Source: Dechloromonas sp. (GTDB taxonomy: Bacteria; Pseudomonadota; Gammaproteobacteria; Burkholderiales; Rhodocyclaceae). Taken from it: 64,000 bases of DNA. Position 1 is the first letter of the stretch. Each line of letters opens with the position of its first letter. Made by a program: the position numbers and the translations under genes. The stretch is from NCBI GenBank assembly GCA_028687035.1, contig JAQUAX010000015.1, forward strand, positions 949 to 64,948, given 5' to 3'. Of the stretch, positions 37,382 through 46,200 are shown in pieces. The notes beneath the pieces are model-generated. The model saw nothing but the letters and a program-made list of their open reading frames with translations, made no database searches and was not told the origin of the DNA.

Positions 37382-38305
37382 ATGGATATCTTTCTCCAGC
37401 AACTCATCAACGGGCTGGTCCAGGGCAGCATCTACGCCCTGGTCGCCCTCGGCTACACGATGGTCTACGGCATCATGGGGCTGATCAATTTCGCGCACGG
37501 CGAGGTCGTGATGATCGGCACGCTGCTCGCCATCAGCGTCGCCGGCGGCCTGCTCCAGGCCGGCTGGCCGGTCGCGCTGGCCGGTCCGGCCGGGCTGGCC
37601 GCCGCGGTGCTCGGCTGCATGGCGCTCGGCTGGGGGCTGGAGCGCGTCGCCTACCGGCCGCTGCGCAACGCGCCGCGGCTGACGCCGCTGATCACGGCGA
37701 TCGGCATGTCCATCGTGCTGCAGAACCTGGCGATGATGGTCTGGGGACGCAACTACCTCGGTTTTCCGGCGCTGCTGCCGAAGGCGGGGTTCGAGGTTGC
37801 CGGCGCGCATTTCACCGCGGTGCAGGTCGTCATCGTCGTCGTCTCGGCGGCGACCATGGCCGGCCTGCTGGCGCTGGTGTACCGGACGAAGCTCGGCATG
37901 GCGATGCGGGCGACCGCGCAGAGTCCCGCCGTGGCCCGCCTGATGGGCGTCGATGTCGACCGCGTGATCGCCGCGGCCTTCGTCATCGGCTCGGCGCTCG
38001 GCGCGCTGGCCGGCGTCATGGTCGGCTCCTACTACGAGATCGCGCATTACCAGATGGGCTTCATGCTCGGCCTCAAGGCCTTCACCGCCGCGGTGCTCGG
38101 CGGCATCGGCAACCTCGGCGGCGCGATGGCCGGCGGCGTGCTGCTCGGCATCATCGAGGCGCTCGGCGCCGGCTACATCGGCGACCTGACGGGCGGCTTC
38201 CTGGGCAGCCATTACCAGGACATCTTCGCCTTCGTCGTGCTGATCGGCGTGCTGATGTTCAAGCCGTCGGGGCTGTTCGGCGAGAAGACGGGGGAGCGGG
38301 CATGA
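37382..38305 (+). CDS. livH: Branched-chain amino acid ABC permease
   Basis: N-terminus MDIFLQQLINGLVQGSIYALVALGYTMVYG is typical of LivH. Confidence 0.9.
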   Translation: MDIFLQQLINGLVQGSIYALVALGYTMVYGIMGLINFAHGEVVMIGTLLAISVAGGLLQAGWPVALAGPAGLAAAVLGCMALGWGLERVAYRPLRNAPRLTPLITAIGMSIVLQNLAMMVWGRNYLGFPALLPKAGFEVAGAHFTAVQVVIVVVSAATMAGLLALVYRTKLGMAMRATAQSPAVARLMGVDVDRVIAAAFVIGSALGALAGVMVGSYYEIAHYQMGFMLGLKAFTAAVLGGIGNLGGAMAGGVLLGIIEALGAGYIGDLTGGFLGSHYQDIFAFVVLIGVLMFKPSGLFGEKTGERA

Positions 38306-39363
38306 AAAACTGGCTCAATCCGCGGTCGACCGCGGGAATCGCGCTGATTTCGGTCGCGCTGGTCGCGCTGCCCTTCGTCGCGGCGTCCGGCGGCCAGGCC
38401 TGGGTACGCATCCTCGATTTCGCGATCCTCTACGTTTTCCTGGCGCTCGGCCTGAACATCGTCGTCGGTTTCGCCGGCCTGCTCGACCTCGGCTACATCG
38501 CGTTCTACGCGGTCGGCGCCTACGCCTGGGCGCTGCTCGCCAGCCCGCATTTCGGGCTGCACTGGCCGGTCTGGGCGATCCTGCCGATCGGCGCCGGGCT
38601 GGCCTGCGTCGCCGGTGTGCTGCTCGGCTCGCCGACGCTGAAACTGCGCGGCGACTACCTGGCCATCGTCACCCTCGGCTTCGGCGAGATCGTCCGCATC
38701 TTCATGAACAACCTGAATGCGCCGGTCAACATCACCAACGGGCCGCAGGGAATCACGCTGATCGACCCGGTCGCCTTCGGCGCCTTCCGGCTGTCCGGCA
38801 ACAGCCAGTTTTTCGGCCTGACGCTCAGTGGACCGCAGAAATACTATTTCCTGCTGGTCGCGCTGGCCATCGTGGTCATCGTCATCAACCTGCGCCTGCA
38901 GCATTCGCGGATCGGCCGCGCCTGGCAGGCGATCCGCGAGGACGAGATCGCCGCCAAGGCGGTCGGCATCGACACCCGCAACATCAAGCTGCTCGCCTTC
39001 GCGATGGGCGCATCGTTCGGCGGCATCGCCGGCGGCATCTTCGCGGCGATGCAGGGCTTCGTGTCGCCGGAGAGCTTTTCGCTGATCGAGTCGGTGATGG
39101 TACTGGCGATGGTCGTGCTGGGCGGCATGGGCCACATCCCCGGCGTCATCCTCGGCGCCGTGCTGCTGTCCATCCTGCCCGAGGCGCTGCGCTACGGCGT
39201 CGGGCCGCTGCAGACGGCGCTGTTCGGCAAGCAGCTGGTCGATCCGGAAAGCCTGCGCATGCTGGTCTTCGGGCTGGCGCTGGTGCTGGTGATGCGCTTC
39301 CGTCCGGCCGGCCTGTGGCCGTCGCCGGAACGCCGGCGCGAACTGCAGGAGACGGCGCGATGA
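38302..39363 (+). CDS. livM: Branched-chain amino acid ABC permease
   Basis: Multi-TM protein with LNIVVGFAGLLDLGYIAFYAVGAY. There is an ATGA overlap with livH. Confidence 0.9.
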   Translation: MKNWLNPRSTAGIALISVALVALPFVAASGGQAWVRILDFAILYVFLALGLNIVVGFAGLLDLGYIAFYAVGAYAWALLASPHFGLHWPVWAILPIGAGLACVAGVLLGSPTLKLRGDYLAIVTLGFGEIVRIFMNNLNAPVNITNGPQGITLIDPVAFGAFRLSGNSQFFGLTLSGPQKYYFLLVALAIVVIVINLRLQHSRIGRAWQAIREDEIAAKAVGIDTRNIKLLAFAMGASFGGIAGGIFAAMQGFVSPESFSLIESVMVLAMVVLGGMGHIPGVILGAVLLSILPEALRYGVGPLQTALFGKQLVDPESLRMLVFGLALVLVMRFRPAGLWPSPERRRELQETAR

Positions 39364-40121
39364 GCGAAGTGCTGCTGCAGGCCGACGCGGTCGCCAAGCA
39401 TTTCGGCGGCGTCCGGGCGCTGCGCGACGTCACGCTGTCGATCCGGCGCGGCGAGATCTACGGGCTGATCGGCCCGAACGGTGCCGGCAAGACGACCTTC
39501 TTCAACTGCCTGACCGGCCTCTACGTGCCGGACGGCGGCGGTTTTACCTTCTGCGGCGCGCCGCTCGTCGCCGACGCGCCGCAGAAGGCGGCGGCGCGCG
39601 GCATCGCGCGGACCTTCCAGAACATCCGGCTGTTCGGCAACATGAGCGCGCTGGAAAACGTCATGGTCGGCCGCCATGTGCGGACGCGCGCCGGCGTCTT
39701 CGGTGCGATGCTGCGGACGGCCGCGACGCGCGCCGAGGAGGCGGCGATCCGCCAGCGCGCGATGGAATTGCTGCATTACGTCGATATCGCCGAACGCGCC
39801 GACGACCTCGCCAAAAACCTGTCGTACGGCGACCAGCGGCGCCTGGAAATCGCCCGTGCGCTGGCCACCGAGCCGCAGCTGCTGTGCCTCGACGAGCCGG
39901 CGGCCGGCATGAACGCGACCGAGACCGCCGAACTGCGCGAACTGATCGCCGGCATCCGCGCCGACGGCACGACGGTGCTGCTGATCGAGCACGACGTGAA
40001 GCTGGTGATGGGGCTGTGCGACCGCGTCGCGGTGCTCGACTACGGCGCGCTGGTCATCGAGGACGTGCCGGCGGTGGTGCAGAAGGATCAACGCGTGATC
40101 GAAGCTTACCTGGGGGCCTGA
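39360..40121 (+). CDS. livG: Branched-chain amino acid ABC ATPase
   Basis: Walker A GPNGAGKTT, signature LSYGDQRRLEIARAL and Walker B LCLDEPAAG. There is an ATGA overlap with livM. Confidence 0.9.
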   Translation: MSEVLLQADAVAKHFGGVRALRDVTLSIRRGEIYGLIGPNGAGKTTFFNCLTGLYVPDGGGFTFCGAPLVADAPQKAAARGIARTFQNIRLFGNMSALENVMVGRHVRTRAGVFGAMLRTAATRAEEAAIRQRAMELLHYVDIAERADDLAKNLSYGDQRRLEIARALATEPQLLCLDEPAAGMNATETAELRELIAGIRADGTTVLLIEHDVKLVMGLCDRVAVLDYGALVIEDVPAVVQKDQRVIEAYLGA

Positions 40122-40825
40122 TGCTCGAAGTGACCGGACTCCACGTCGCCTACGGCGGCATCCAGGCGGTGCGCAGCATCACCTTCCACGTCAACGAAGG
40201 CGAGACGGTGGCGCTGATCGGCGCCAACGGCGCCGGCAAGACCAGCACGCTGAAGGCGATCGCCCGCGTCATCGACGCCGCTGGCGGCGACGTGCATTTC
40301 CGCGGCGAGAAGATCAGCCGCATCGCGCCGCACGCGCTGATCCGCAAAGGCATCGCGCTGGTCCCGGAAGGCCGCGGCGTGTTCCCGCGGCTGACCGTGC
40401 TCGAGAACCTGCGCATGGGCGCCTTCATCCGCGACGACGCGGTCGACATCGAAACCGACCTGGAAATGGTCTTCGGCTACTTCCCGCGCCTGAAGGAGCG
40501 GGAAAGCCAGCTGGCCGGCACGCTGTCCGGGGGCGAGCAGCAGATGCTGGCGATCGGCCGCGCGCTGATGAGCCGGCCGAAGCTGCTGCTGCTCGACGAA
40601 CCGTCGATGGGGCTGGCGCCGATCATGGTCCAGAAGATCTTCGAGGTGATCCGCGCCGTCGCGTCGGCCGGCATGACCATCCTGCTGGTCGAGCAGAATG
40701 CGCGCCTGGCGCTGCAGAGCAGCCAGCGCGGCTACGTGATGGAAAGCGGCGGCATCACGCTGTCCGGCGACGCCGCCGAACTGCTCGACGACCCCAAGGT
40801 GCGGGCGGCCTATCTCGGGGAGTGA
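40121..40825 (+). CDS. livF: Branched-chain amino acid ABC ATPase
   Basis: Walker A GANGAGKTS, signature LSGGEQQMLAIGRAL and Walker B LLLDEPS. There is a TGATG stop/start junction with livG. Confidence 0.9.
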   Translation: MLEVTGLHVAYGGIQAVRSITFHVNEGETVALIGANGAGKTSTLKAIARVIDAAGGDVHFRGEKISRIAPHALIRKGIALVPEGRGVFPRLTVLENLRMGAFIRDDAVDIETDLEMVFGYFPRLKERESQLAGTLSGGEQQMLAIGRALMSRPKLLLLDEPSMGLAPIMVQKIFEVIRAVASAGMTILLVEQNARLALQSSQRGYVMESGGITLSGDAAELLDDPKVRAAYLGE

Positions 40826-41483
40826 GTCCCGCTGCGGATCAGGCGGGCCGGATTGCCAGCGGCCACGGCGTCAGCCGGGATGTCGCGGTGTATCGTCGAG
40901 TTGGCGCCGATCGACGCATGCCGGCCGATCCGGATCCGCGGCAAGACCACGCAGCCCATCCCGAGGAAGGCCCCGCTTTCGATCGAGGCCCCGCCGCCCA
41001 GCCGGCAGCCCGGGTCAGGTGCACCCAGTCGCCGAGCAGGCTGTCGTGCCCTACCGTGCATTGGGCGCTGATGATCGCTCCGCGGCCGATGGTGCAATCG
41101 GGGCCGATCACTGCCTGGGCGTGGATGAAGCTGCCGGCGCCGATTTCGCACCCGCGGGCGATGCAGGCCGCCGGGTGAATGACCGTGACCAGTTCGAACC
41201 CGGCTGCGCTCAGCTGTTCGGCGATGCGCTGGCGGCCCGGGTTATCGCCGATGGCCAGTGCGATCCGGGTTTGTTTCGCGGCGAGCAGCGCATCGATCAA
41301 ATCGGGGCCTCCGATGACCGGGTAGCCCATGATGTTTCGCGGCATCGCAGATGGTTGGTCTTCGAGCAGCCCGATGATTTGCTGCCTTCCTCCGGCCTCG
41401 ATCGCCGATATCAAGAACTTCGCGTGTCCGCCGGCACCGTAGATCAGCAGTTCATTCGAAGCCACGTCGTCGCCGATTGCCAT
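40810..41483 (-). pseudogene. NeuD/PglD-like hexapeptide sugar N-acyltransferase, frameshifted
   Basis: The N-terminal two thirds are in the frame of ORF 40839..41492 (LLIYGAGGHAKFLISAIEAGG...GDWVHL). The C-terminal hexapeptide repeats are in the frame of ORF 40810..41151 (PGCRLGGGASIESGAFLGMGCVVLP...AAGNPARLI). The frames switch at about 41014-41015, within ...cacctgaCCCGGGctgc.... Confidence 0.6.
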
Positions 41484-41488
41484 GGTGG

Positions 41489-42322
41489 TCAAAGCTCCAG
41501 GCGGCGGCGCACTTCGCCGGCGCTGGCCAGGGGGCGTTCCAATTCGCCGGCCAGGCGCAGGATTCGTTCGACCAGGCTTCGATTGCTGGCTGGCTGGCGA
41601 CGTCCGGTGTCGTACCAGAGATTGTCCTCGAGGCCGACACGGACGCCATCGGCGTAAATCAGGCCGAGCAGGTTGGCCTGCAACTGGAAGCGCCCGATTC
41701 CCGCCAGCGAGACGACCGTTCCGTCCGGAATGCCGGCCAGCGTCGCAGCCAGGTCGAGCGGCCGGCTCTGGGCCCCGGCGATATTGCCGAGCAGGACGTT
41801 GGCGTAAGGCGTCCCGCTGATCAATCCCTCGCTTTTCAGCACGCCGGCGAAATTGGCCATGCCGATGTCGAAAATCTCGAGTTCAGGCCGGATGCCCCGC
41901 TCCTGCATCCGCGCCGCGAGCTTCCGTATCGTGTCGGGCGCGTTGACGCTGGCCGACTGGACGAAATTCAGCGAACTCAGCGTCAGGCTGGCCATGTCCG
42001 GCTTCATGTCGCCATCGAGATCGAGAACCCGGGCCCTCGATTCGAAATCGGCCTGTTTCCTGCCGCTGGTCGTCACGCAGAGAACGGCTTCGCGGCCGCC
42101 GGGCAGGCGGCGGATCGACTCGATCAGCCGGCCGTAGGGTTCCGGGTCGCCGACCTGCACGCCGTGCTGGTCGCGGGCGTGCAGGTGGAACATCTGGACG
42201 CCGAGTTCGAGGCAGGCCGCGACGTCGGCGACGATCTCGTCGTGCTGCAGGGGCACGTGCGGGCTCGTCTGGCGTGTCGGGATGACGCCGGTGCAGGCCA
42301 GGTTGATGATCAGTTCGTTCAT
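41489..42322 (-). CDS. BKACE family (DUF849, 3-keto-5-aminohexanoate cleavage enzyme-like) protein
   Basis: 277 aa TIM-barrel-like protein. N-terminus MNELIINLACTGVIPT and the metal motif MFHLHARD (H-x-H) are typical of BKACE. There is an ATGA overlap with the upstream gene. Confidence 0.75.
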   Translation of the reverse strand: MNELIINLACTGVIPTRQTSPHVPLQHDEIVADVAACLELGVQMFHLHARDQHGVQVGDPEPYGRLIESIRRLPGGREAVLCVTTSGRKQADFESRARVLDLDGDMKPDMASLTLSSLNFVQSASVNAPDTIRKLAARMQERGIRPELEIFDIGMANFAGVLKSEGLISGTPYANVLLGNIAGAQSRPLDLAATLAGIPDGTVVSLAGIGRFQLQANLLGLIYADGVRVGLEDNLWYDTGRRQPASNRSLVERILRLAGELERPLASAGEVRRRLEL

Positions 42323-43011
42323 CGCGTGACCTCCCGGGCCGTCTTGGCGGCGCGTCGGGCCGGGTTGCCGACATAGACCGCGTCCGCTTCGGTATCGGCG
42401 GTGACGACGGCGCCTGCCCCGATGAAGCAGCGGTCGCCGATGCGGACCCCGTCTCGAACGACCGCACCGAGTCCTATGAAGCAATTCCGGCCGATGGCGA
42501 CATTGCCGCCGGTGACCACGCCGGACGCGATGAAGCTGTGGTCCCCGATGCTGCTGTGGTGGCCGATGTTGGCGCCGGCACGGACGATCACGTTGCGGCC
42601 GATCCGGACATGGGACTGCAGGATGGCCTGCTCGAAGACCATGACGTTTTCGCCGATCGGCGTGTCCGGCCAGACGCGGGCGTATCGGGAAACGAAACTG
42701 CCCAGCGCATAGCCCATCGCCTGTGCTTGCACACAGCGCTCCTCGCGCAGCCCGTTCATTCTCCGGTAGCCGAGTGTGATCAGGAGTTCGCACTGCCCGG
42801 GCGGGACATGTCGGGGCAGGTCCTCGAAGGGCAGTACCGGCAGTCCGTCCATCGTGCCGCCGTCAAGGTAGGCCCGGTCGACGGTGAAGGCGAGCACACG
42901 ACGGCCGGCATCGTGCTGCAGGCAGTGGGCGGCGAGGCTGGCGAAGCTGGTTCCCCCGAAAATGACCAGGGGGCGCAGGAGATCAGGGCTGGCGGTGGCG
43001 TCTTGTGTCAT
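42319..43011 (-). CDS. NeuD/PglD-like hexapeptide sugar acyltransferase
   Basis: N-terminal Rossmann-like segment (LVIFGGTSFASLAAH) plus left-handed beta-helix repeats (IGRNVIVRAGANIGHHSSIGDHSFIASGVVTGGNVAIG...). ATGA overlaps occur on both sides. Confidence 0.75.
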   Translation of the reverse strand: MTQDATASPDLLRPLVIFGGTSFASLAAHCLQHDAGRRVLAFTVDRAYLDGGTMDGLPVLPFEDLPRHVPPGQCELLITLGYRRMNGLREERCVQAQAMGYALGSFVSRYARVWPDTPIGENVMVFEQAILQSHVRIGRNVIVRAGANIGHHSSIGDHSFIASGVVTGGNVAIGRNCFIGLGAVVRDGVRIGDRCFIGAGAVVTADTEADAVYVGNPARRAAKTAREVTR

Positions 43012-44114
43012 CGGTCGGCAATCAGCTGGACTATGCGTTGAACTTCGGCGTCGGTCAGTGCCGGATAGATCGGCAGGCACAGAACGGAATCCGCCGCGAG
43101 GGCGGCGTTCGGCAGATTGTAGCGGGCCGCGCCTGGAGACGATCGGTAGACCGGGAAGTCGGAGATCAGCGGATAAAAATAGCGCCGGGCGTAGATTCCA
43201 TGCTGCTTGAGCCGTTCATAGAGCGCATCCCGTCCGGGGCGGGGGCCGGGCTCGACCAGGATGGGGAAATACGAGGCGTTGCCGCCGTCCACCGCGGGAG
43301 GCAGCGGGCAGCGGATGCCGGGCATGCCGGCGAGCAGGTGCCGGTAGAGGCCGTCGATTTCGCGGCGCCGGGCCAGTGCGGCGTCGATGTGCTTCAGTTC
43401 GAGCAGCCCGAAGGCGGAATTGACCTCGCTCATCTTGCCGTTGATACCGGCCGAGACGACGGTCGTTTCATCGACGTAGCCGAAGTTCCTCAGGTGCTCG
43501 ATGCGTTCCTTGGTCCGTGCATCCGGCGACACGATCGCGCCGCCCTCGAAAGTGTGGAAAACCTTGGTCGCATGGAAGCTCAGGACGCTGAGGTCGCCGT
43601 GCAGCAACAGGCTTTGGCCCCGCTGGCCGACTCCGAAGGCATGGGCGGCGTCGTAGATCACTCGCAGCCCATGTCGCTGCGCGATGGCTTCGATGGCCTC
43701 GACCGCGCAGGGTGTCCCGTAGCAATGGACGGGCAGGATCGCCGTGGTCGCCGGCGTGATCGCCGCCTCGATCCGGGCCGGGTCGAGGTTGAAGGTCTGT
43801 GGGTCGATATCGGCGAAGACCGGCTCGATGCCGTTCCAGCGCAGTGCGTGCGCGGTGGCGACGAAGGAATAAGGGGTGGTGATGACTTCGCCGCGGATGT
43901 CCAGCGCCTGCAGGGCAATGATCAGGCCCAGCGTGCCGTTGCCGACCAGGGACAGGTGCTCGACGCCGAGGTAATCGGCGAGCGCCTGCTCCAGGCGCTG
44001 GTGCATCGGCCCGCCGTTGGTCAGTTGGCCGCTTTCCCAGATGCTTTCCAGATAGGGAAGAAATTCTTCCAGCGGCGGCAGGTGGGGGCGGGTGACGTAG
44101 ATAGGGCGGCTCAT
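43008..44114 (-). CDS. DegT/DnrJ/EryC1/StrS family sugar aminotransferase
   Basis: Motifs GNGTLGLIIAL and ITTPYSFVAT, plus the catalytic Lys motif SFHATKVF. Start is MSRPIYVTRP, with an ATGA overlap with the GT2 gene. Confidence 0.85.
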   Translation of the reverse strand: MSRPIYVTRPHLPPLEEFLPYLESIWESGQLTNGGPMHQRLEQALADYLGVEHLSLVGNGTLGLIIALQALDIRGEVITTPYSFVATAHALRWNGIEPVFADIDPQTFNLDPARIEAAITPATTAILPVHCYGTPCAVEAIEAIAQRHGLRVIYDAAHAFGVGQRGQSLLLHGDLSVLSFHATKVFHTFEGGAIVSPDARTKERIEHLRNFGYVDETTVVSAGINGKMSEVNSAFGLLELKHIDAALARRREIDGLYRHLLAGMPGIRCPLPPAVDGGNASYFPILVEPGPRPGRDALYERLKQHGIYARRYFYPLISDFPVYRSSPGAARYNLPNAALAADSVLCLPIYPALTDAEVQRIVQLIADR

Positions 44115-45142
44115 CGGACGCTTCTCCGCGGTTCGCGCCATTTCCGGAATAGTCGGCGCAGCAGGGCGGCCAGTCTGTCTCCCGGCCCCAGCGCCGAGCC
44201 GAACTCGGCGACTAGCGCCGCCTGTTCGGCGGCCCCGATGCGGGGCGAACGCAGCACGCCCCGGACATATTTCCGGGTTCGCCGGACGAAGGCATCGTGA
44301 TAGCGCCCGGCCGTCATGTCGTCCAGTTCCTTCAGGGAGCGGGCGACTGCCCATGCGTGCTCGAGTTGCATCCGGGGGTCGCTGCCGACGCGCGCGGTCC
44401 AGGATCCGTTCGTCCGGGCGCGGTACAGTGACATCGGTTCCGGCAGGTAAAGCGCCCCGTCGGGGATGGCCGAGATGATCTGCATGTAGATGTCGCCGAC
44501 GGTCAGGTAGGCGCGGGCGGCGGTGAAACGACGGAATTCGTCCAGCGCGTCGCGGCGGACCACACAGGCAGCCGTCGGAATCTGTCCGTGTCGTTTCAGG
44601 ATGATTTCTTCGGGGGGGACGATCCGTGCCTGGTCTCCGTAGTGCCCGACCGTTTTTCTACGGCCAGCCCGCGCGTAGTCGATACGTAGCGCAGGATGGA
44701 AGGACAGGCGGCATTCGGGGTGCGCCTGCATCTGCCCGATCTGCCTCTGCAGCTTCAGCGGATCGGTCCAGGCGTCGTCGCCTTCGCAGTACGCAAAGAA
44801 ATCGCCCGTTGCCCGCTGGTAGTTCAGGTGGGCGACCTTGACCTTCTTAGAGTACTGGTTCTCGCTCTGGTAGATCGGGCGGATCAGCCAGGGGTATCGC
44901 TGTTCGTAGGCACGTACGATGTCGGCGGTCCGGTCGGTCGAAGCATCGTCGTGGATCAGGATTTCGACCGGGAAGCCGGTCCGCTGCATCAGGAAGCCGT
45001 CGATCGCCTCGGCGATGAAGGCTTCGTGGTTGTAGGTGATGCAGCAGATGCTGACCAGCGGCGCCTGGTCACGCCAGTGAGGATCGCCGACCGGGAAAAG
45101 GCTGCCCGGTCGTTGTTCGGAATCGGGCAGCGGGGCGGGCAT
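44111..45142 (-). CDS. Family 2 glycosyltransferase
   Basis: Motifs VSICCITYNHEAFIAEAIDGFLMQ, ILIHDDASTDRT and CEGDDAW are typical of GT2 (GT-A fold). Confidence 0.8.
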   Translation of the reverse strand: MPAPLPDSEQRPGSLFPVGDPHWRDQAPLVSICCITYNHEAFIAEAIDGFLMQRTGFPVEILIHDDASTDRTADIVRAYEQRYPWLIRPIYQSENQYSKKVKVAHLNYQRATGDFFAYCEGDDAWTDPLKLQRQIGQMQAHPECRLSFHPALRIDYARAGRRKTVGHYGDQARIVPPEEIILKRHGQIPTAACVVRRDALDEFRRFTAARAYLTVGDIYMQIISAIPDGALYLPEPMSLYRARTNGSWTARVGSDPRMQLEHAWAVARSLKELDDMTAGRYHDAFVRRTRKYVRGVLRSPRIGAAEQAALVAEFGSALGPGDRLAALLRRLFRKWREPRRSVR

Positions 45143-45147
45143 GGCGG

Positions 45148-46164
45148 TCAGTTCGCCGCGAACGTGAAGGCGTCGGCGAAGAATTCCTCGGCCGGCAGGC
45201 CGCAGCGTTCGACCAGGTCGCGCTTCGCGTTGTCGATCATCGCCGGCGAGCCGCAGGCATAGACCTGGTAGCCGGACAGGTCCGGGAAGTCGGCGAGCAC
45301 CGCATGGTGCACGAAGCCGGTGCGGCCGGTCCAGCCGTCGTCGGGCGCCGGCCCGGACAGCACCGGGACGTAGCGGATGTGGGCGTGCTCGGCCGCCCAG
45401 CGCTCGGGCAGCGCGTGCTGGTACAGGTCGACGCGCGCCTTGGCGCCCCAGTAGATGTGCAGCGGGCGCTGGCTGTTTTCGGCGATGGCGTGTTCGACGA
45501 TGGCCTTGATCGGCGCGAAGCCGGTGCCGCCGGCAAGCAGGATCACCGGCTTGGCCGACTCCTCGCGCAGGTAGAAGCTGCCGTGCGGGCCGTTGAAGCG
45601 CAGGATGTCGCGCAGCTTCATCGTCGAGAACACCTGCTCGGTGAAGGCGCCGCCCGGCACGTGGCGGATGTGCAGCTGCAGCACGGCATCGTCGTGCGGC
45701 GCGTTGGCCAGCGAGAAGCTGCGCTTGCGGCCGTCCTTCATCAGGATGTCGATGTACTGGCCGGCCCAGAACTGCAGGCGCTCGCTGGCCGGCAGCCGCA
45801 GGTGCAGTTCGATGACGTCGGGGGCCAGCTTCTCGAGCTTCTCGATGCGGCCGGGCAGCGTCTTGACCGGAATGTCACGGGTCGAGCCGACCTGCTTGCA
45901 TTCGATGACCAGGTCGGACTGCGCCCTGGCGCAGCAGTACAGCGTCAGTCCGGCCGCCTTCTCGTCGTCCTTCAGTGCGTGCGGCTGCGCCTTGCCGTGA
46001 TCGACGGCGCCCTCGACGACCTTGCCCTTGCAGGCGCCGCAGGCGCCGTCCTTGCAGCCGTAGGGCAGCGTCAGGCCCTGGCGCAGTGCGGCGTCGAGCA
46101 GGGTTTCGTCGGGCTCGGCGGCGAACTGGCGGCCGCTCGGCTGGACAGTGATCTGGTAGCTCAT
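45148..46164 (-). CDS. 2Fe-2S ferredoxin-NAD(P)H flavin reductase (CDP-6-deoxy-delta-3,4-glucoseen reductase-like)
   Basis: Plant-type ferredoxin Cys motif (CKDGACGACKGKV), FAD motif RKRSFSLAN and NAD motif LLAGGTGFAP. Start is MSYQITV, preceded by SD AAGGGGA. Confidence 0.8.
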   Translation of the reverse strand: MSYQITVQPSGRQFAAEPDETLLDAALRQGLTLPYGCKDGACGACKGKVVEGAVDHGKAQPHALKDDEKAAGLTLYCCARAQSDLVIECKQVGSTRDIPVKTLPGRIEKLEKLAPDVIELHLRLPASERLQFWAGQYIDILMKDGRKRSFSLANAPHDDAVLQLHIRHVPGGAFTEQVFSTMKLRDILRFNGPHGSFYLREESAKPVILLAGGTGFAPIKAIVEHAIAENSQRPLHIYWGAKARVDLYQHALPERWAAEHAHIRYVPVLSGPAPDDGWTGRTGFVHHAVLADFPDLSGYQVYACGSPAMIDNAKRDLVERCGLPAEEFFADAFTFAAN

Positions 46165-46200
46165 CGGTTCCCCTTCATGGTGCTCGGCTACAATGCCGGC

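Noticed and set aside
43008-46164. The DegT-family gene plus the 2Fe-2S flavin reductase read as an AscC/AscD (E1/E3) 3,6-dideoxyhexose pathway.
   Set aside because: E1 dehydrases replace the PLP lysine with histidine and carry an Fe-S Cys motif. This protein keeps the lysine (SFHATK) and looks like an ordinary aminotransferase. No 4,6-dehydratase or nucleotidyltransferase is present in the cluster.
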